DNA of 64,000 nt from Nitrospirota bacterium (GTDB taxonomy: Bacteria > Nitrospirota > UBA9217), in assembly GCA_963751455.1 (NCBI GenBank), contig CAVVUN010000012.1, positions 64,001-128,000 on the forward strand. Direction: 5' to 3'. The position numbers and the translations under genes were made by a program. Of the stretch, positions 49,382 through 60,270 are shown in pieces; position 1 is the first letter of the stretch, and each line of letters starts with the position of its first letter. The notes under the pieces are model-generated. The model did no database searches. It worked only from the letters and a program-made list of their open reading frames with translations, and was not told the DNA's origin.

Positions 49382-50788
49382 ATGAAGAACTTTTTTTTTG
49401 CGGTAATTTTTCTGCTTCTAGCAGCTGCCGGCTTTGCCCAGGCAGCGGACGACTCTTCCTGGCTACAGATCGGCGGTGACTACCGCTTCAGATATGACAT
49501 GCTGAAAGGCACCATACCGGATTATATGGACGCAGGTGCCGGGTTCACTGGAAACGCTGCCGGTATTCAAAGCGGCTTCGCAGTGGAGAATGATTCTCTC
49601 ATGCTGAACCGTTTTGGTTTGAATCTGAAAGCCGATGCCATGGAGGGCGTGGCTGTCAAAGCCCGGCTTGTCATGTACAAGGTGTGGGGACATGAGACCT
49701 CGACGCCGATTCAGGGTCCGTACTTCGGGGACAGGGCCATGGGCGCGAACGACGGAACTCTGGGACATGTACCTGCGGATAACGCAATGCGTGCGGATTA
49801 TGCGTACGCCACCGTGAGCAATATCTTCGATGCTCCCGCATGGTTTTCGGTCGGCCGCAGACCTTCTACAGGCGGCATCCCGAGCAACATTCGACAAAAC
49901 CTGGAAAAGATGGGAACTGCCGGCATCCCCAGCTTGATGGTGAACTATGCCTTTGATGGGATGACCATTGGCTTTGCTCCGGACATTGAAGCATTGCCGG
50001 GCTCGTATGCGAAGCTCTGCTACGGGAAGGGTTTTGACAGCGGCTTCCAGCCCACCAGTGGAGCGACTCTTAAGGACACGGATTTCCTCGGTCTGAACGC
50101 CGCTGTTATCGATTCCGACACGTTGCATGTTGAAGTGCAGTATCAGAAAGGCTGGAATATCTTTGACGCGCCCTCGGATGGATTCACCATGGTGAATCCG
50201 GCCACGGGCGCTCTTACACCGGTAAGCGTATCCGCAAATCTCGGCGATATAGATTGGATTGGAGCTGTGGTAACAGGCAAGCTTGGCAATCTGAATCTCT
50301 TTTTGTCCGCGGCGCAAAGCAAGACAGATCCCAATGACAACACCTTCGGCGGGACCTCGCCTTGGGGCCTGCTCTGGACCGCAACCGCGGCCGGAGGCGC
50401 CGGGAAGCAGAGCGCGAAGGGCAACGCGATCTACGTCGGTGGCCGGTATGACATCAACAGGACGAAAATCGGCGTGGAATACAATCACGGATCAAAGAAC
50501 TGGATCGGAATGGTGCCGGCGGACGATGACATCTGGACAAGCAAACTCGGGACCAGGGGCGATGTCTACGAAATATACCTCATCCAGGAACTCGATCGGA
50601 AGCCGGTGTCGAAAAAAGGGAGTGCGTTCGTAAAGATTGCGTATCAATATTATAAGTTCGATTATACTCTCAGCAATTTCTGGATCGGCGCCCCTGCGAA
50701 AATGTCGGACGTTGCTTCCGTACCGCAGGCACTGGCTCCCGTCAAGGATGCGAAGGACCTCTATTTGACCTTCGACGTTCGGTTCTAG
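49382..50788 (+). CDS. Outer-membrane beta-barrel protein (DUF3373-like)
   Basis: Signal peptide, GGDYRFRYD, SVGRRPST, KLGTRG, terminal Phe. Confidence 0.8.
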   Translation: MKNFFFAVIFLLLAAAGFAQAADDSSWLQIGGDYRFRYDMLKGTIPDYMDAGAGFTGNAAGIQSGFAVENDSLMLNRFGLNLKADAMEGVAVKARLVMYKVWGHETSTPIQGPYFGDRAMGANDGTLGHVPADNAMRADYAYATVSNIFDAPAWFSVGRRPSTGGIPSNIRQNLEKMGTAGIPSLMVNYAFDGMTIGFAPDIEALPGSYAKLCYGKGFDSGFQPTSGATLKDTDFLGLNAAVIDSDTLHVEVQYQKGWNIFDAPSDGFTMVNPATGALTPVSVSANLGDIDWIGAVVTGKLGNLNLFLSAAQSKTDPNDNTFGGTSPWGLLWTATAAGGAGKQSAKGNAIYVGGRYDINRTKIGVEYNHGSKNWIGMVPADDDIWTSKLGTRGDVYEIYLIQELDRKPVSKKGSAFVKIAYQYYKFDYTLSNFWIGAPAKMSDVASVPQALAPVKDAKDLYLTFDVRF

Positions 50789-50804
50789 GGTAAACAGCAT
50801 TTCC

Positions 50805-50832
50805 GGGAGGGGCGTTGCCCCTCCTTTTTTTT
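50805..50832 (+). terminator. Intrinsic terminator
   Basis: GGAGGGGC-gtt-GCCCCTCC followed by a T tract. Confidence 0.8.
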
Positions 50833-50876
50833 GGCTATCAGGCCGGATTAAGAAAGCCCGGATACGCCCAACAATC

Positions 50877-51044
50877 ATCCTGAAAAAAGCAGTTGGACAC
50901 GGATAAAATCTGATCAACACGGATTTATAGGAAGTTACGAACAGTAATGGATTCACCCAAAAGGCGAGATGGCTTTTTGCTCTATCACATTGTTTTGATC
51001 CGCTGTTTCCGTGTTCATCCGTGTTCAAATGCCGTTTTTAGGAT
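50877..51044 (-). mobile_element. MITE-like palindromic element
   Basis: Ends match those of 15383-15561 in inverted orientation. Confidence 0.65.
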
Positions 51045-51146
51045 CATATGAATGATCGGCTGTCATAAAAACAATAACCCCGGGCTGGGGGACCCCGGGG
51101 TTTCTATCGCTTATCGATTCTAACCGGCTCAGCAGCCGGAGAAAGT

Positions 51147-51353
51147 CTAGGATGATTTGGTAACGTTGGCAGCCTGCGGCCCTTTTTCTCCCTGCGTAAT
51201 TTCGAATTCCACCATCTGACCCTCGGAAAGGGTCTTATATCCCTCCCCCTGGATTGCCGAATAATGGACAAACACGTCTCTACCTCCGCCATCCGGCTCG
51301 ATAAATCCGTATCCCTTCGATTCATTGAACCACTTTACTTTCCCGGTAGACAT
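51147..51353 (-). CDS. Cold-shock protein (CspA family)
   Basis: [26 protein letters not shown]. Confidence 0.97.
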   Translation of the reverse strand: MSTGKVKWFNESKGYGFIEPDGGGRDVFVHYSAIQGEGYKTLSEGQMVEFEITQGEKGPQAANVTKSS

Positions 51354-51581
51354 AATTCTTACTCCCTCCTTGCTGGTTTCCGCAGTCTTCGGGTGTCAGC
51401 CGTTCTGTCCTGTCACCTCGTTGCGGAAAACGAATTCACTGCAAAGGGAAAGAGACGGATTCCCCCCCACGCCCTTTTCCCCGGACGATATTGTTTGCTG
51501 AATATGATGAAATGGAGGATGGGAAGACATAGGAAAGATAAGACAGAGTTCGGATGGATCTATATGTCGCAGGACCTCTTT

Positions 51582-52517
51582 TTAGTTGAGATAGCGAACG
51601 GGATTCACGGGCAGGCCGTTCACCCGCACCTCGTAATGAAGATGAGGACCGGTACTGGAACCGGAGTCTCCGATGTAGCAGATAACATCACCGCGCTTCA
51701 CCCGCTGCCCGGCTTTTACGTTCAGGCGCGAATTGTGAGCAAAAAGCGTTTTGAGTCCATATCCATGGCTGATCTCAACCATGTTTCCGTAGCCCGTAGA
51801 GAAACCTGCCTTGACGACCACGCCGTCCGCCGGGGATACCACGGGAGTTCCCGTTTGAGCGGCAATGTCCATGCCTTCATGAAACTTCAGAATGCCGCTG
51901 AACGGCGAGGTCCTGTTTCCGAAGTGCGAGGTGACCCATCCGCGTACCGGCCAGCTCGAGGGAGTGGAGGCGTAAAGCGAACGCTTGTCTTCAAAATATT
52001 CAATCAGCATCTGGAGACTGGCTTCCTGTTTCGATGCAGCGCCTTTCAGCTGCGTCAACTCCTGATGCATTTCCTTGAGCGCTTCCGCCTGCTTCTTTTC
52101 GCCCATTGTTGCCAGGTTATGAAGCCCAAGTTCATCCGGTCCGCCGATGCCGAGCAGCTGCTGGGCTTTATCCCGGGGACCGAGACTCACGACCCGGCGC
52201 AATTTTGTATCGAGATCGCGCAGCAGGAACATTTGACGTTTATAATCAATGAGGTTGAGCGCAAAATTCTGGACCTGAGCTTTCTGCTGCATGAGCTCCT
52301 CGCGCATGGACTGGAGTTCCCAGACTTTGGCTTTTACATCGTTGTATTCGTAAATCAGATAAAGAGAGAGAACAAACACTGCGGCAATAGAGATAAAAAC
52401 CGATTTGATGACTGATTTAGATATACTGAGGGTCCTGACCCGCGCATTGGGGCCGGGCAGGAACATAAAGGTAAAATATTCTTTTGTCTTAAGGTTCCTT
52501 GAATTCTTCCCCCGCAT
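51582..52517 (-). CDS. M23-family murein endopeptidase
   Basis: HEGMD, STGPHLHYEV; TM plus coiled coil. Confidence 0.93.
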   Translation of the reverse strand: MRGKNSRNLKTKEYFTFMFLPGPNARVRTLSISKSVIKSVFISIAAVFVLSLYLIYEYNDVKAKVWELQSMREELMQQKAQVQNFALNLIDYKRQMFLLRDLDTKLRRVVSLGPRDKAQQLLGIGGPDELGLHNLATMGEKKQAEALKEMHQELTQLKGAASKQEASLQMLIEYFEDKRSLYASTPSSWPVRGWVTSHFGNRTSPFSGILKFHEGMDIAAQTGTPVVSPADGVVVKAGFSTGYGNMVEISHGYGLKTLFAHNSRLNVKAGQRVKRGDVICYIGDSGSSTGPHLHYEVRVNGLPVNPVRYLN

Positions 52518-52665
52518 GATACCTCCAGGAGCGGTTACGACCTGATACAGGTTATCATAAAGTATTAGCTATTGTCAAGATTATAAAAAAATTTGTTTGA
52601 TTTAATCATTTTTATAATCAATGACTTACCCGATATTTGGCCAAAAAAAAGAGGAAAAACCACAA

Positions 52666-53337
52666 TCAGGTAAAATTTTCAAGCGGACAAGCCCGGCAAA
52701 CGGGCCTCGATTTTTTGCAGTGCTCCTTGGCTGCTTTGACGAGCAAGGCATGAAATTCGTTATAGAGCCTGCTTTGACGGGGCAGGTTATCCATGAACAG
52801 CTTCTGAACGGATTCGTACGGCGCGGTCTCATTGATGAGGCCGTGCCTGCCCAGTATCCGCCTGGTATAGGCGTCAACCACGAAAAAAGGCTTTCCCCCG
52901 GCGTACAAGAGTATTGAATCAGCGGTCTCGGGGCCGATCCCGTTTACCTCAAGCAGTTTCTTCCGAAGTTCATCGGATTTGACGGAAAACATTTTTTTGA
53001 GGCTTCCCCTGTATTGAACACGAATAAAATCAACCAGGTTCCTGAGCCGCTTTGCCTTTACATTGTGATAGCCGCTCGGCCGGATAAGCGACGACAGCCG
53101 CCGGACCGTAATACGCTCGATTCCGGCAAGCGTCAGGACGCGGCCTGACCTCAGGTTCGTGATCGCTTTTTCAACATTGGTCCATGCCGTATTCTGCGTA
53201 AGCACCGCGCCTGTCATGATCTCGAAAACCGTCTTCCCGGGCCACCAATGCTGCGGGCCCCAGGCCGAGTAGAGTGCTGTATAGATTTGGTTCAGCCGTT
53301 TGCTTATTTCAGGGCTCGCCATTGAATTACGATGCAT
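52666..53337 (-). CDS. Endonuclease III-related HhH-GPD protein
   Basis: AVLTQNTAW, GIGPETADSI, VDAYTRR, C-terminal Cys cluster. Confidence 0.9.
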   Translation of the reverse strand: MHRNSMASPEISKRLNQIYTALYSAWGPQHWWPGKTVFEIMTGAVLTQNTAWTNVEKAITNLRSGRVLTLAGIERITVRRLSSLIRPSGYHNVKAKRLRNLVDFIRVQYRGSLKKMFSVKSDELRKKLLEVNGIGPETADSILLYAGGKPFFVVDAYTRRILGRHGLINETAPYESVQKLFMDNLPRQSRLYNEFHALLVKAAKEHCKKSRPVCRACPLENFT

Positions 53338-53399
53338 ATTCTGGATCCATGATCAAGGATGCGAGTCGGAATTTATCAAGAGCCGGGCATCCATTGCTT

Positions 53400-53717
53400 C
53401 TATCCTTTCGTGCTCTCCCTAACCCACTCCAGGTACTCCTGCGAACCGCCGATGACGGGAAGCGCCAGTATTTCGGGAACCGAATAGGAGTGAACGGCTT
53501 TTACCCGCGTGATGAGCCTTTCCAGGAGGGCCTGCCTGCTTTTGCAGATAAGAAGAGTTTCCCCGGCCTCCTGGGTCTTTCCCTCCCAGAAGAAAAGAGA
53601 ACGGATTTCAGGCACTATATTGACGCAGGCTGCGAGACGCTCGTTAACAAGCATCTCCGCTATCTTTGCAGCCTCTTCCCGGGAACTTGCGGTTATAAGA
53701 ACGATGATTGCGTCCAT
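53400..53717 (-). CDS. cutA: Divalent-cation tolerance protein CutA
   Basis: LAACVN, WEGK, HSYSVPEI, YLEWV. Confidence 0.93.
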   Translation of the reverse strand: MDAIIVLITASSREEAAKIAEMLVNERLAACVNIVPEIRSLFFWEGKTQEAGETLLICKSRQALLERLITRVKAVHSYSVPEILALPVIGGSQEYLEWVRESTKG

Positions 53718-53859
53718 TTCTCTCCTCCCAGCACTTGAAACGAAAGGGGTGGGGCAAGAGGCGGAAGGGAAAAGATAAAACCAGCCCGTATTCGTCTTTC
53801 ACCTTCAGGGCTCTTCTCCCCGCAGGCCTTACGGAATTAAAAGAGGCTGACCTGATTTC

Positions 53860-55893
53860 CTAAAATTTCAAAGCGCCGAGCCCTTTCAGTTCAAGGGTCA
53901 TCATAAACTGCGTCTCTCCTGGTTTGGTAACGTACATTACCCCCAATCCCCAGCATTGCGACCCGTAATGAAGCTTATATTCCTGTTGCGTGGTCTTATT
54001 CTCCACAACGTCCCGCCAGAATTGACCATCGACGTCCCAGTTGCCTATCTTGGTGCCTGCGCCCGCGATCAGGAACCTGGTCCTCGGCGTGTGCAGGTAT
54101 TGTCGGGTAAGGTTGAACCGTGCCGTGTCGCCGTTCACGTTCACGCTCTCCGAAGAGGACGTAAAAGCATCGGCGTAAGTATCATAATTGTGGATGCTCG
54201 ACAGCGTAAGCATTTTCGGGGTCTTGACGAAAAGTTCTCCCCTGACTTCGGACCGCGGCCTTAAGGCGGTTTCCTCCTCCCGGGCCTGTTTCAAATCGTA
54301 CGACTGGGAAAGCCTGAAAACGACCAGGTCGAAGCTCCTGAAACCCGCGGCGTCTTTGTAGCGCGCGGTCAAACGGTTTATGACTGACGCAGTAACCAGG
54401 TTCTGCTCAGCCACTGCATCCGGCCAGACCTGCGGAATGTTGGTTTGCTCTACGCGCGGTATGTAGCTGTATGAGACCGCAGGCTCTATCGAGTGGCGGA
54501 TCCGGCCGACCCCGGCCTCGACATCATTCCCGTAAATACGGGATAAACGGGCATTGAGATCGGCGCCCGCGTAATAGTACCTCCGCTGGGTAGGCTCCGA
54601 AGAATCCTCGCTCCGGCCGTAAAATGTCGTGCGCGCCCCGAGGCGGGGCGTCAGGGTCAGCCCGCTTCTGCCGAACGCTGCGGAGATTCTGGGATTAAAG
54701 TCGGCGCGCATCAGATTATCACCCTTCTCGACCGTTAAATTCGTCGCCGACCCGTCAAAATTAACATGGACAGGCCCAGCTATTCTTTCTTCGAAAATAT
54801 TATACCGCAGCTCCGGCATCTTCTGGACCGTATTTTCATTCGTATCCGCGTACAGATCAATTGCATACTGGCCGATAAGATAGAGGGAAGCAGTATCCCA
54901 TCGCTCTACATAGAAAAGATTGGAATCAATATATGGTTTTGACCTCAGTTCCAGCTTTCTCTCGAGATCCGTGAAATACTCGAAATCGCTCACCAGGTTG
55001 ATATCAGCCCTGACCGAAAGATCCTCGGCCATTTCCTCGCTGTGACGATACGAGAGCAGCCAGCGCGCGTCCGGCTTCTGCGGCGATCGGTACTGATCGA
55101 ATGTGCTGAAATAATTATAATACAGAAGCCCCATTGAATCGCGGGAATTGACATAGCGGTATTCGAGCCCGTTTCCGAGACCGTGCCGTGCACGATAATC
55201 GGAGTAATACGTCATGTCCTTGGAGTCCGATATGGCCCAGAAAAGAGAATTTTTCAGGAGGAATCCTTCACTGCTGCTGTAGCCGAATTCCGGAATCAGG
55301 AGACCGCTCTGTCTTCGGACCGGAAAAAGAAAGTACGGCGTGTAAAAGACCGGTATTCCGCTCATGTTGAACGAGACCCCGGTTCCGGTTGCGTACCGGT
55401 CCATGTCGACATCGATTTCGTCCGCCTTGAGATACCAGTCTCCTTCGTCGCATGTAGTGAACGTGCCGTTCTCGATATGATAGACGTTTTCAGATTTTCG
55501 CTCGATCTTTTCGCCTCTCAGGTGCAGGTTGTCCTTTTGCATGAAGAGGTCTCCGTTATAGATGAAACCCGCCTTCGTGTTGATATTGATCTGCAGCTTG
55601 TCGGCGCGAACGACATCGCCCTTCTCCTGAAGGTACACGTTCCCCTCGGCTAACGCCTCACCGGTCTTATTATTCAGAACGATCCTGTCCGCCTGGATCT
55701 TGCTGCCCTCCTGCTCGACACGTACATGGCCGACCGCAACGTACATATCATTGCCGCGGTCATAGTCAAGTTTGTCCGCATTGACCGTGACCGGGACTTT
55801 CTTGGACGGCTCTTCGGCCAGCGCGCAATCGAACAAGGCCGCTACGCCGGTCAGGAACACCACGGTCAGTATGAATAGTGAGCTGCGCTTCAT
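53860..55893 (-). CDS. lptD: LPS-assembly protein LptD
   Basis: OstA-like N-terminus, FTTC, RQSGLLIP, beta-barrel with SQCWG. Confidence 0.88.
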   Translation of the reverse strand: MKRSSLFILTVVFLTGVAALFDCALAEEPSKKVPVTVNADKLDYDRGNDMYVAVGHVRVEQEGSKIQADRIVLNNKTGEALAEGNVYLQEKGDVVRADKLQININTKAGFIYNGDLFMQKDNLHLRGEKIERKSENVYHIENGTFTTCDEGDWYLKADEIDVDMDRYATGTGVSFNMSGIPVFYTPYFLFPVRRQSGLLIPEFGYSSSEGFLLKNSLFWAISDSKDMTYYSDYRARHGLGNGLEYRYVNSRDSMGLLYYNYFSTFDQYRSPQKPDARWLLSYRHSEEMAEDLSVRADINLVSDFEYFTDLERKLELRSKPYIDSNLFYVERWDTASLYLIGQYAIDLYADTNENTVQKMPELRYNIFEERIAGPVHVNFDGSATNLTVEKGDNLMRADFNPRISAAFGRSGLTLTPRLGARTTFYGRSEDSSEPTQRRYYYAGADLNARLSRIYGNDVEAGVGRIRHSIEPAVSYSYIPRVEQTNIPQVWPDAVAEQNLVTASVINRLTARYKDAAGFRSFDLVVFRLSQSYDLKQAREEETALRPRSEVRGELFVKTPKMLTLSSIHNYDTYADAFTSSSESVNVNGDTARFNLTRQYLHTPRTRFLIAGAGTKIGNWDVDGQFWRDVVENKTTQQEYKLHYGSQCWGLGVMYVTKPGETQFMMTLELKGLGALKF

Positions 55894-55975
55894 CTCACCT
55901 CTTTTGATTCCGCTTGTACCCGCACTCTCAACAGAGCAGGGTGAATTGCGAACTCCGCATTCCGCATTGCTGTTC

Positions 55976-57316
55976 TTATCCTTTTAATCCCCGCAGCGCC
56001 CCGTTATGAGCCGACTGCCGGACGAGAACGGTCCTGGCGTCGCCAACGACATACAACGACCCGGTAATGAGAACAAGGTCCCCGGCCTCCGCTGCCTGTT
56101 TCGCTTTTGTAATGGCCTCTGCGACTGTTTCCGCTGTTTCAACCGGTTCGGTAAAGGCCCGAACAGCTGCAGCGAGCGAAAGAACATCCATTCCCCTGGC
56201 ATAATCGGGCCTGGTTGCGATAACGCGGTCCGCGAGAGGCACGAGTTCGGATAGTATCCCGCGGAAGTCCTTGTCCCCCAAAATTCCTATAACGAGGATG
56301 AGCTTTCGATACGCGGACTTCATTCTCCGTACCTCAGCTGCCAGCATCCGCGCCGACGCCGGATTATGCGCCCCGTCGAGATACACGTCCGGATTCCGGC
56401 CGACCCGTTCGAGCCGGCCTTCCCATGCGGCCTGCGCAAGACCGTGCCGGATTGCCCGTTCGTCCACGGCGATATTTTCTTTTCTGAGGCATTCAACTGC
56501 GGCGACGGCGAGACAGGCGTTGTCCGCCTGGTACCTGCCGAGCATCGAGATCGACAGCCGCTCGTACTCTGTTCCCATCCCCCGAAAATGGAATGACTGG
56601 CCGTGCCCTGATGAGAGCGGTTCAGGCCGGAAATCGGACGGCAGCCGGTAGAGCGGCGCGTGGCGGGCCGCTGCTTCCTTTTCAATCACGCGAATAACCT
56701 CGGGCTGGACCGCTCCCGATATGACCGGAACATGCTGCTTGATGATGCCCGCCTTCTCGCCGGCAATCAGTTCCAGCGTATCGCCGAGAAATTCAGTGTG
56801 CTCGATGTCGATGTTCGTAATGACGGATACAAGCGGGGTGATCACGTTCGTAGAGTCCAGCCTGCCGCCCATGCCCACTTCGACCACAGCAATGTCCACG
56901 GCCTGCTCCGCGAAGTACATGAAAGCCATGGCCGTGGCAACCTCAAAAAAAGTCGGATTGAGCGGCTCGGCCCCGCATGAAGCGGCACATGCGGACCGCA
57001 CTCTGCACACAAGCTGGACCACCTTCGCTTCTGTTATCGCGATGCCATTGATCCTGATCCGCTCGGTAAAACTGACCAGGTGGGGCGAGGTATACAGCCC
57101 AACGCGATAGCCGGCCGCGCGCAGCATGGAGGCGATAAACGCGGACGTCGAGCCTTTCCCATTCGTGCCGGCGATATGTATTGACCGGAACCTGCGGTGA
57201 GGATTATCCATGACTCCCATCAGCATCTCGCTGTTGGAGAGCCCCAGCTTGATGCCGTGGTGCTGAAGCGCGTACAGATAATCAACTGCTTCACGGTATG
57301 CGGTATCGGATGGCAT
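55976..57316 (-). CDS. folC: Folylpolyglutamate/dihydrofolate synthase
   Basis: HIAGTNGKGS, TSPHL, EVGMGGRLDSTN, DGAHN, TGSLY. Confidence 0.96.
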   Translation of the reverse strand: MPSDTAYREAVDYLYALQHHGIKLGLSNSEMLMGVMDNPHRRFRSIHIAGTNGKGSTSAFIASMLRAAGYRVGLYTSPHLVSFTERIRINGIAITEAKVVQLVCRVRSACAASCGAEPLNPTFFEVATAMAFMYFAEQAVDIAVVEVGMGGRLDSTNVITPLVSVITNIDIEHTEFLGDTLELIAGEKAGIIKQHVPVISGAVQPEVIRVIEKEAAARHAPLYRLPSDFRPEPLSSGHGQSFHFRGMGTEYERLSISMLGRYQADNACLAVAAVECLRKENIAVDERAIRHGLAQAAWEGRLERVGRNPDVYLDGAHNPASARMLAAEVRRMKSAYRKLILVIGILGDKDFRGILSELVPLADRVIATRPDYARGMDVLSLAAAVRAFTEPVETAETVAEAITKAKQAAEAGDLVLITGSLYVVGDARTVLVRQSAHNGALRGLKG

Positions 57317-57551
57317 GCTGTTCTTGGTCCTGAATTCCGGAGTTTACGCGTCCTGTTCCTGCAAAGAGGGCGGACTGCAGGGAGCTTAATGCAAAACTTG
57401 AATTATCCTGATCTCGAGCGGACAGGCGATTCTTCTGAGAAAAAAAGCCCGTCACACACTTCAACAGGGCTTGGGCGAAGGAGAATGATCTTGAGCACCG
57501 CCATAATCCGTTCGTGGTTAAGAATGCCGAACCACGATTAAAAATATCCGG

Positions 57552-58421
57552 CTAGCGCCCGGCAGGCGCCGCAGCTTCGGCAGACGGTGCGGCTTCCGCA
57601 GCAGGCGCCGATTCGGAAACAGTGCCCGCTTGGGAGGGCGACTGGTCCGCAACTTTTGGAGCGGTCTTCAGTTTCAGAATGAACGGCACCTTCTGCGCGG
57701 CGGAAAGGGAGTTGAGCCGTTTGCGGTCGTACCGTACTTTCCCGACAGCCTCGATGTTTTTTACGAGCGTAATCAGCTCCTGCACGGTCAACTTTCCGGG
57801 CATTTGCCGTGAGGTTTCGGTCAATTTCATCGTTGCGGCAGCGCCCGGCCCGGACATCTGGTCGTTGATTCGTCGTATGGCTTCTTTCAGATCGTCAGTT
57901 ACGATCATGATCGTAAGCGGTTCAACCGGGGTGGCGATACCATCGGGTTTCGCGGCGGTCTGCGTGGGTTGAGCAGCGGCCGCTTGTATTGGTGCTGCAG
58001 CATCGGCAACCGGGTCGGGCGTGACGGTCGGCGCAGATGCGACCGTTGACGCAGGCGGCAGCGATTTTTCGATGCTCTCGATCTCCACGTCGCGGCGCTC
58101 CGGAAACAGGTTCAGGTAAACGAGCGTCAAAGTCGCCACAATTGCCAAAACCCAGAGCGGCCGGTACACCAGTTTCTTCAGCTTGGACATTCCGGTCAGG
58201 CCGTCCTTCATGCCCTGCAGGATGCCCTCGGGCGGTGTAACTGCTTTGAGCATCTCCCGGGTTTCGGCGACCCGTTTAAGGGCCTGGAATTCCGAGGAAC
58301 AGACCGGGCACGATTTCAGATGGCGTTCGATTTTCATTGCCTCGGGTTTGAACACATGCCCCCGCAGATAGTTTCTGAGCGAACTTCTCACTTTCGCACA
58401 TTCGTTTTTTTTCATCAACAC
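57552..58421 (-). CDS. zf-HC2 anti-sigma-factor-like membrane protein
   Basis: HLKSCPVC motif, single TM. Confidence 0.75.
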   Translation of the reverse strand: MLMKKNECAKVRSSLRNYLRGHVFKPEAMKIERHLKSCPVCSSEFQALKRVAETREMLKAVTPPEGILQGMKDGLTGMSKLKKLVYRPLWVLAIVATLTLVYLNLFPERRDVEIESIEKSLPPASTVASAPTVTPDPVADAAAPIQAAAAQPTQTAAKPDGIATPVEPLTIMIVTDDLKEAIRRINDQMSGPGAAATMKLTETSRQMPGKLTVQELITLVKNIEAVGKVRYDRKRLNSLSAAQKVPFILKLKTAPKVADQSPSQAGTVSESAPAAEAAPSAEAAAPAGR

Positions 58422-58680
58422 ACCTCGAGAACTTTCGGAAGTATTGTGCAGATAATCAACAAAGATTAACGAGGCAACGCCTCCGCTGAAGAACGAGAAT
58501 CTTTAAAAGTATTTATCCGCAGATTTCGTACCCTGCTGTTGCCAAAGCGCGGGCACAAGCAGATGTACGCAGACTTTAAAAGAAGAGATCAGATCTGGTT
58601 TAAATCTGTGAAATCTGCGTAATCTGCGGATAGTCTGTAGCTTTGCAATTTGAAATTTGATATTTGCAATAGCGAAGCGC

Positions 58681-59484
58681 TTACACTCCTCCCACGCTTA
58701 CCTGCTCAGCGCGGATCGAGGAATCACCGAGAAACCGCTTCCCCATCTTTTCAAAACGAACCGGAGAATCGGTAACGTAGAATTTTCGTATGTGTTCCCC
58801 TTTGCCGTTCGCTCTCCACTTCAGCCTGTCGAGTACGTTGGCAACTTCCATGGCCGTCTCCCTGGCCGAATCTATGAGTGTGACTGCGGACCCTATTGCC
58901 GCGCTGATCACGGACTTGAGAAGCGGATAATGGGTACAGCCGAGCACCAGTGTGTCTATTCCCTTTCCCCGGAGGGAAATAAGGTATTTTTCGGCAACGA
59001 GGGACGCAACATCGTTGTCCGTCCAGCCTTCTTCGGCAAGAGGCACGAAGAGCGGGCAGGCCTGGCTGTGGACCGTTATATCGGGCGCAAGGCGCTTGAT
59101 CGCCTTTTCATACGCACCGCTCCCGATCGTGGCTTCGGTCCCGATAACACCCACAGTGCGCGTCTTCGTGGCGGCAACCGCAGCCCGTGCCCCGGGCTCC
59201 AGCACGCCGATCACCGGCAGGGGAAACTCCTTCTTGACAGCCTCGAGGCTGATTGCGGACGCCGTATTGCAGGCGATCACCAGCATCTTGATCTCCTGTG
59301 CAAGCAGGAAATCCGTGTTCTCGAAGCTGTACCGTGTGACGGTTTCAGGAGACCGTATGCCGTACGGAACACGTGCCGTGTCACCGAGGTATATAATGTT
59401 CTCGACCGGCAGCTCGGCCATGATCTCCTTGAGCACGGTCAGGCCGCCGATGCCTGAATCGAATATGCCGATAGCTTTCTGCAT
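58681..59484 (-). CDS. murI: Glutamate racemase
   Basis: FDSGIGGL, PYG, ACNTA, LGCTHYP. Confidence 0.97.
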   Translation of the reverse strand: MQKAIGIFDSGIGGLTVLKEIMAELPVENIIYLGDTARVPYGIRSPETVTRYSFENTDFLLAQEIKMLVIACNTASAISLEAVKKEFPLPVIGVLEPGARAAVAATKTRTVGVIGTEATIGSGAYEKAIKRLAPDITVHSQACPLFVPLAEEGWTDNDVASLVAEKYLISLRGKGIDTLVLGCTHYPLLKSVISAAIGSAVTLIDSARETAMEVANVLDRLKWRANGKGEHIRKFYVTDSPVRFEKMGKRFLGDSSIRAEQVSVGGV

Positions 59485-59540
59485 GATAAAAAATCCTAAC
59501 CCCGATAATCCGGAACCGAAAGATCGAAGCTAAAAATCGT

Positions 59541-59640
59541 CTCGCGCAAAGCCGCAAAGACGCTAAGAAACCATTTTACGTCTTGGTTTTAGAAACAAAT
59601 GATTTAGCTTTTCTTTGCGGCTTGGCGGCTTAGCGCGAAA
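59541..59640. repeat. Palindromic intergenic element (CGCAAAG/CTTTGCG family)
   Basis: TCGCGCAAAGCCGCAAAGACGCTAAG...CTTTGCGGCTTGGCGGCTTAGCGCGA; relatives near 700-725, 4320-4400 and inside the 15.8-16.2 kb elements. Confidence 0.65.
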
Positions 59641-59670
59641 TATTCTGCGCTTCTGTATTTTGTCGTCAGT

Positions 59671-60270
59671 CTACTGTTTCACCAGGTCCATTCGTCTAGC
59701 GAACGTCCTCGAAAGGTCGATATGCCCGGCCAGCGTTTGCGCTTCCCTGCCGTCAATCAGAAAACGGACCTGCTTGATTTCTTCGAAATTCTGCGTAAGG
59801 GTGTCGACCATCGCGTAGATCGCCATAAGTTCTTCCAGGCCGGACGCCTGAACGCCGTTCGGAGAGTCCGCCACAAGATCCGCATACGCGGTGCCCGCTT
59901 CGTCAAGGAATAACTCCCTCAGCTTTATCTGGGAAAATACTGGCGACACAGCGGCTCGCGGGCCGCCGAGAACCGTAAGCAGTACATCGCGAGCCTGCGA
60001 CTGAGTGTCCGGCTTTCTCGAAACCGGGACAGGGCCGGAGACGAGCGCGCCTTCGACGGGATAATAAACCATGAAGGAGAGCGGTTCGTCAGCGCCGGCT
60101 GCGAGGCCCGGCGCTTCGGCTTGAACCGACGGCTCGGCAACGGAGGAGACCCTCAGACGCTGCCACGCAAACAGCCCTGCTGCCGATGCGATTGCGAAGA
60201 TGATAATGATCACAAGCAGCAGGTTGTTATTTCCGATCCTTCTATCGATTCTCTCCGACATACCGTTCAA
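59671..60270 (-). CDS. GerMN domain protein
   Basis: AYADL, IYAMVDTL, VRFLIDG, TLAGHIDL; lies between amidase and murI. Confidence 0.88.
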   Translation of the reverse strand: MNGMSERIDRRIGNNNLLLVIIIIFAIASAAGLFAWQRLRVSSVAEPSVQAEAPGLAAGADEPLSFMVYYPVEGALVSGPVPVSRKPDTQSQARDVLLTVLGGPRAAVSPVFSQIKLRELFLDEAGTAYADLVADSPNGVQASGLEELMAIYAMVDTLTQNFEEIKQVRFLIDGREAQTLAGHIDLSRTFARRMDLVKQ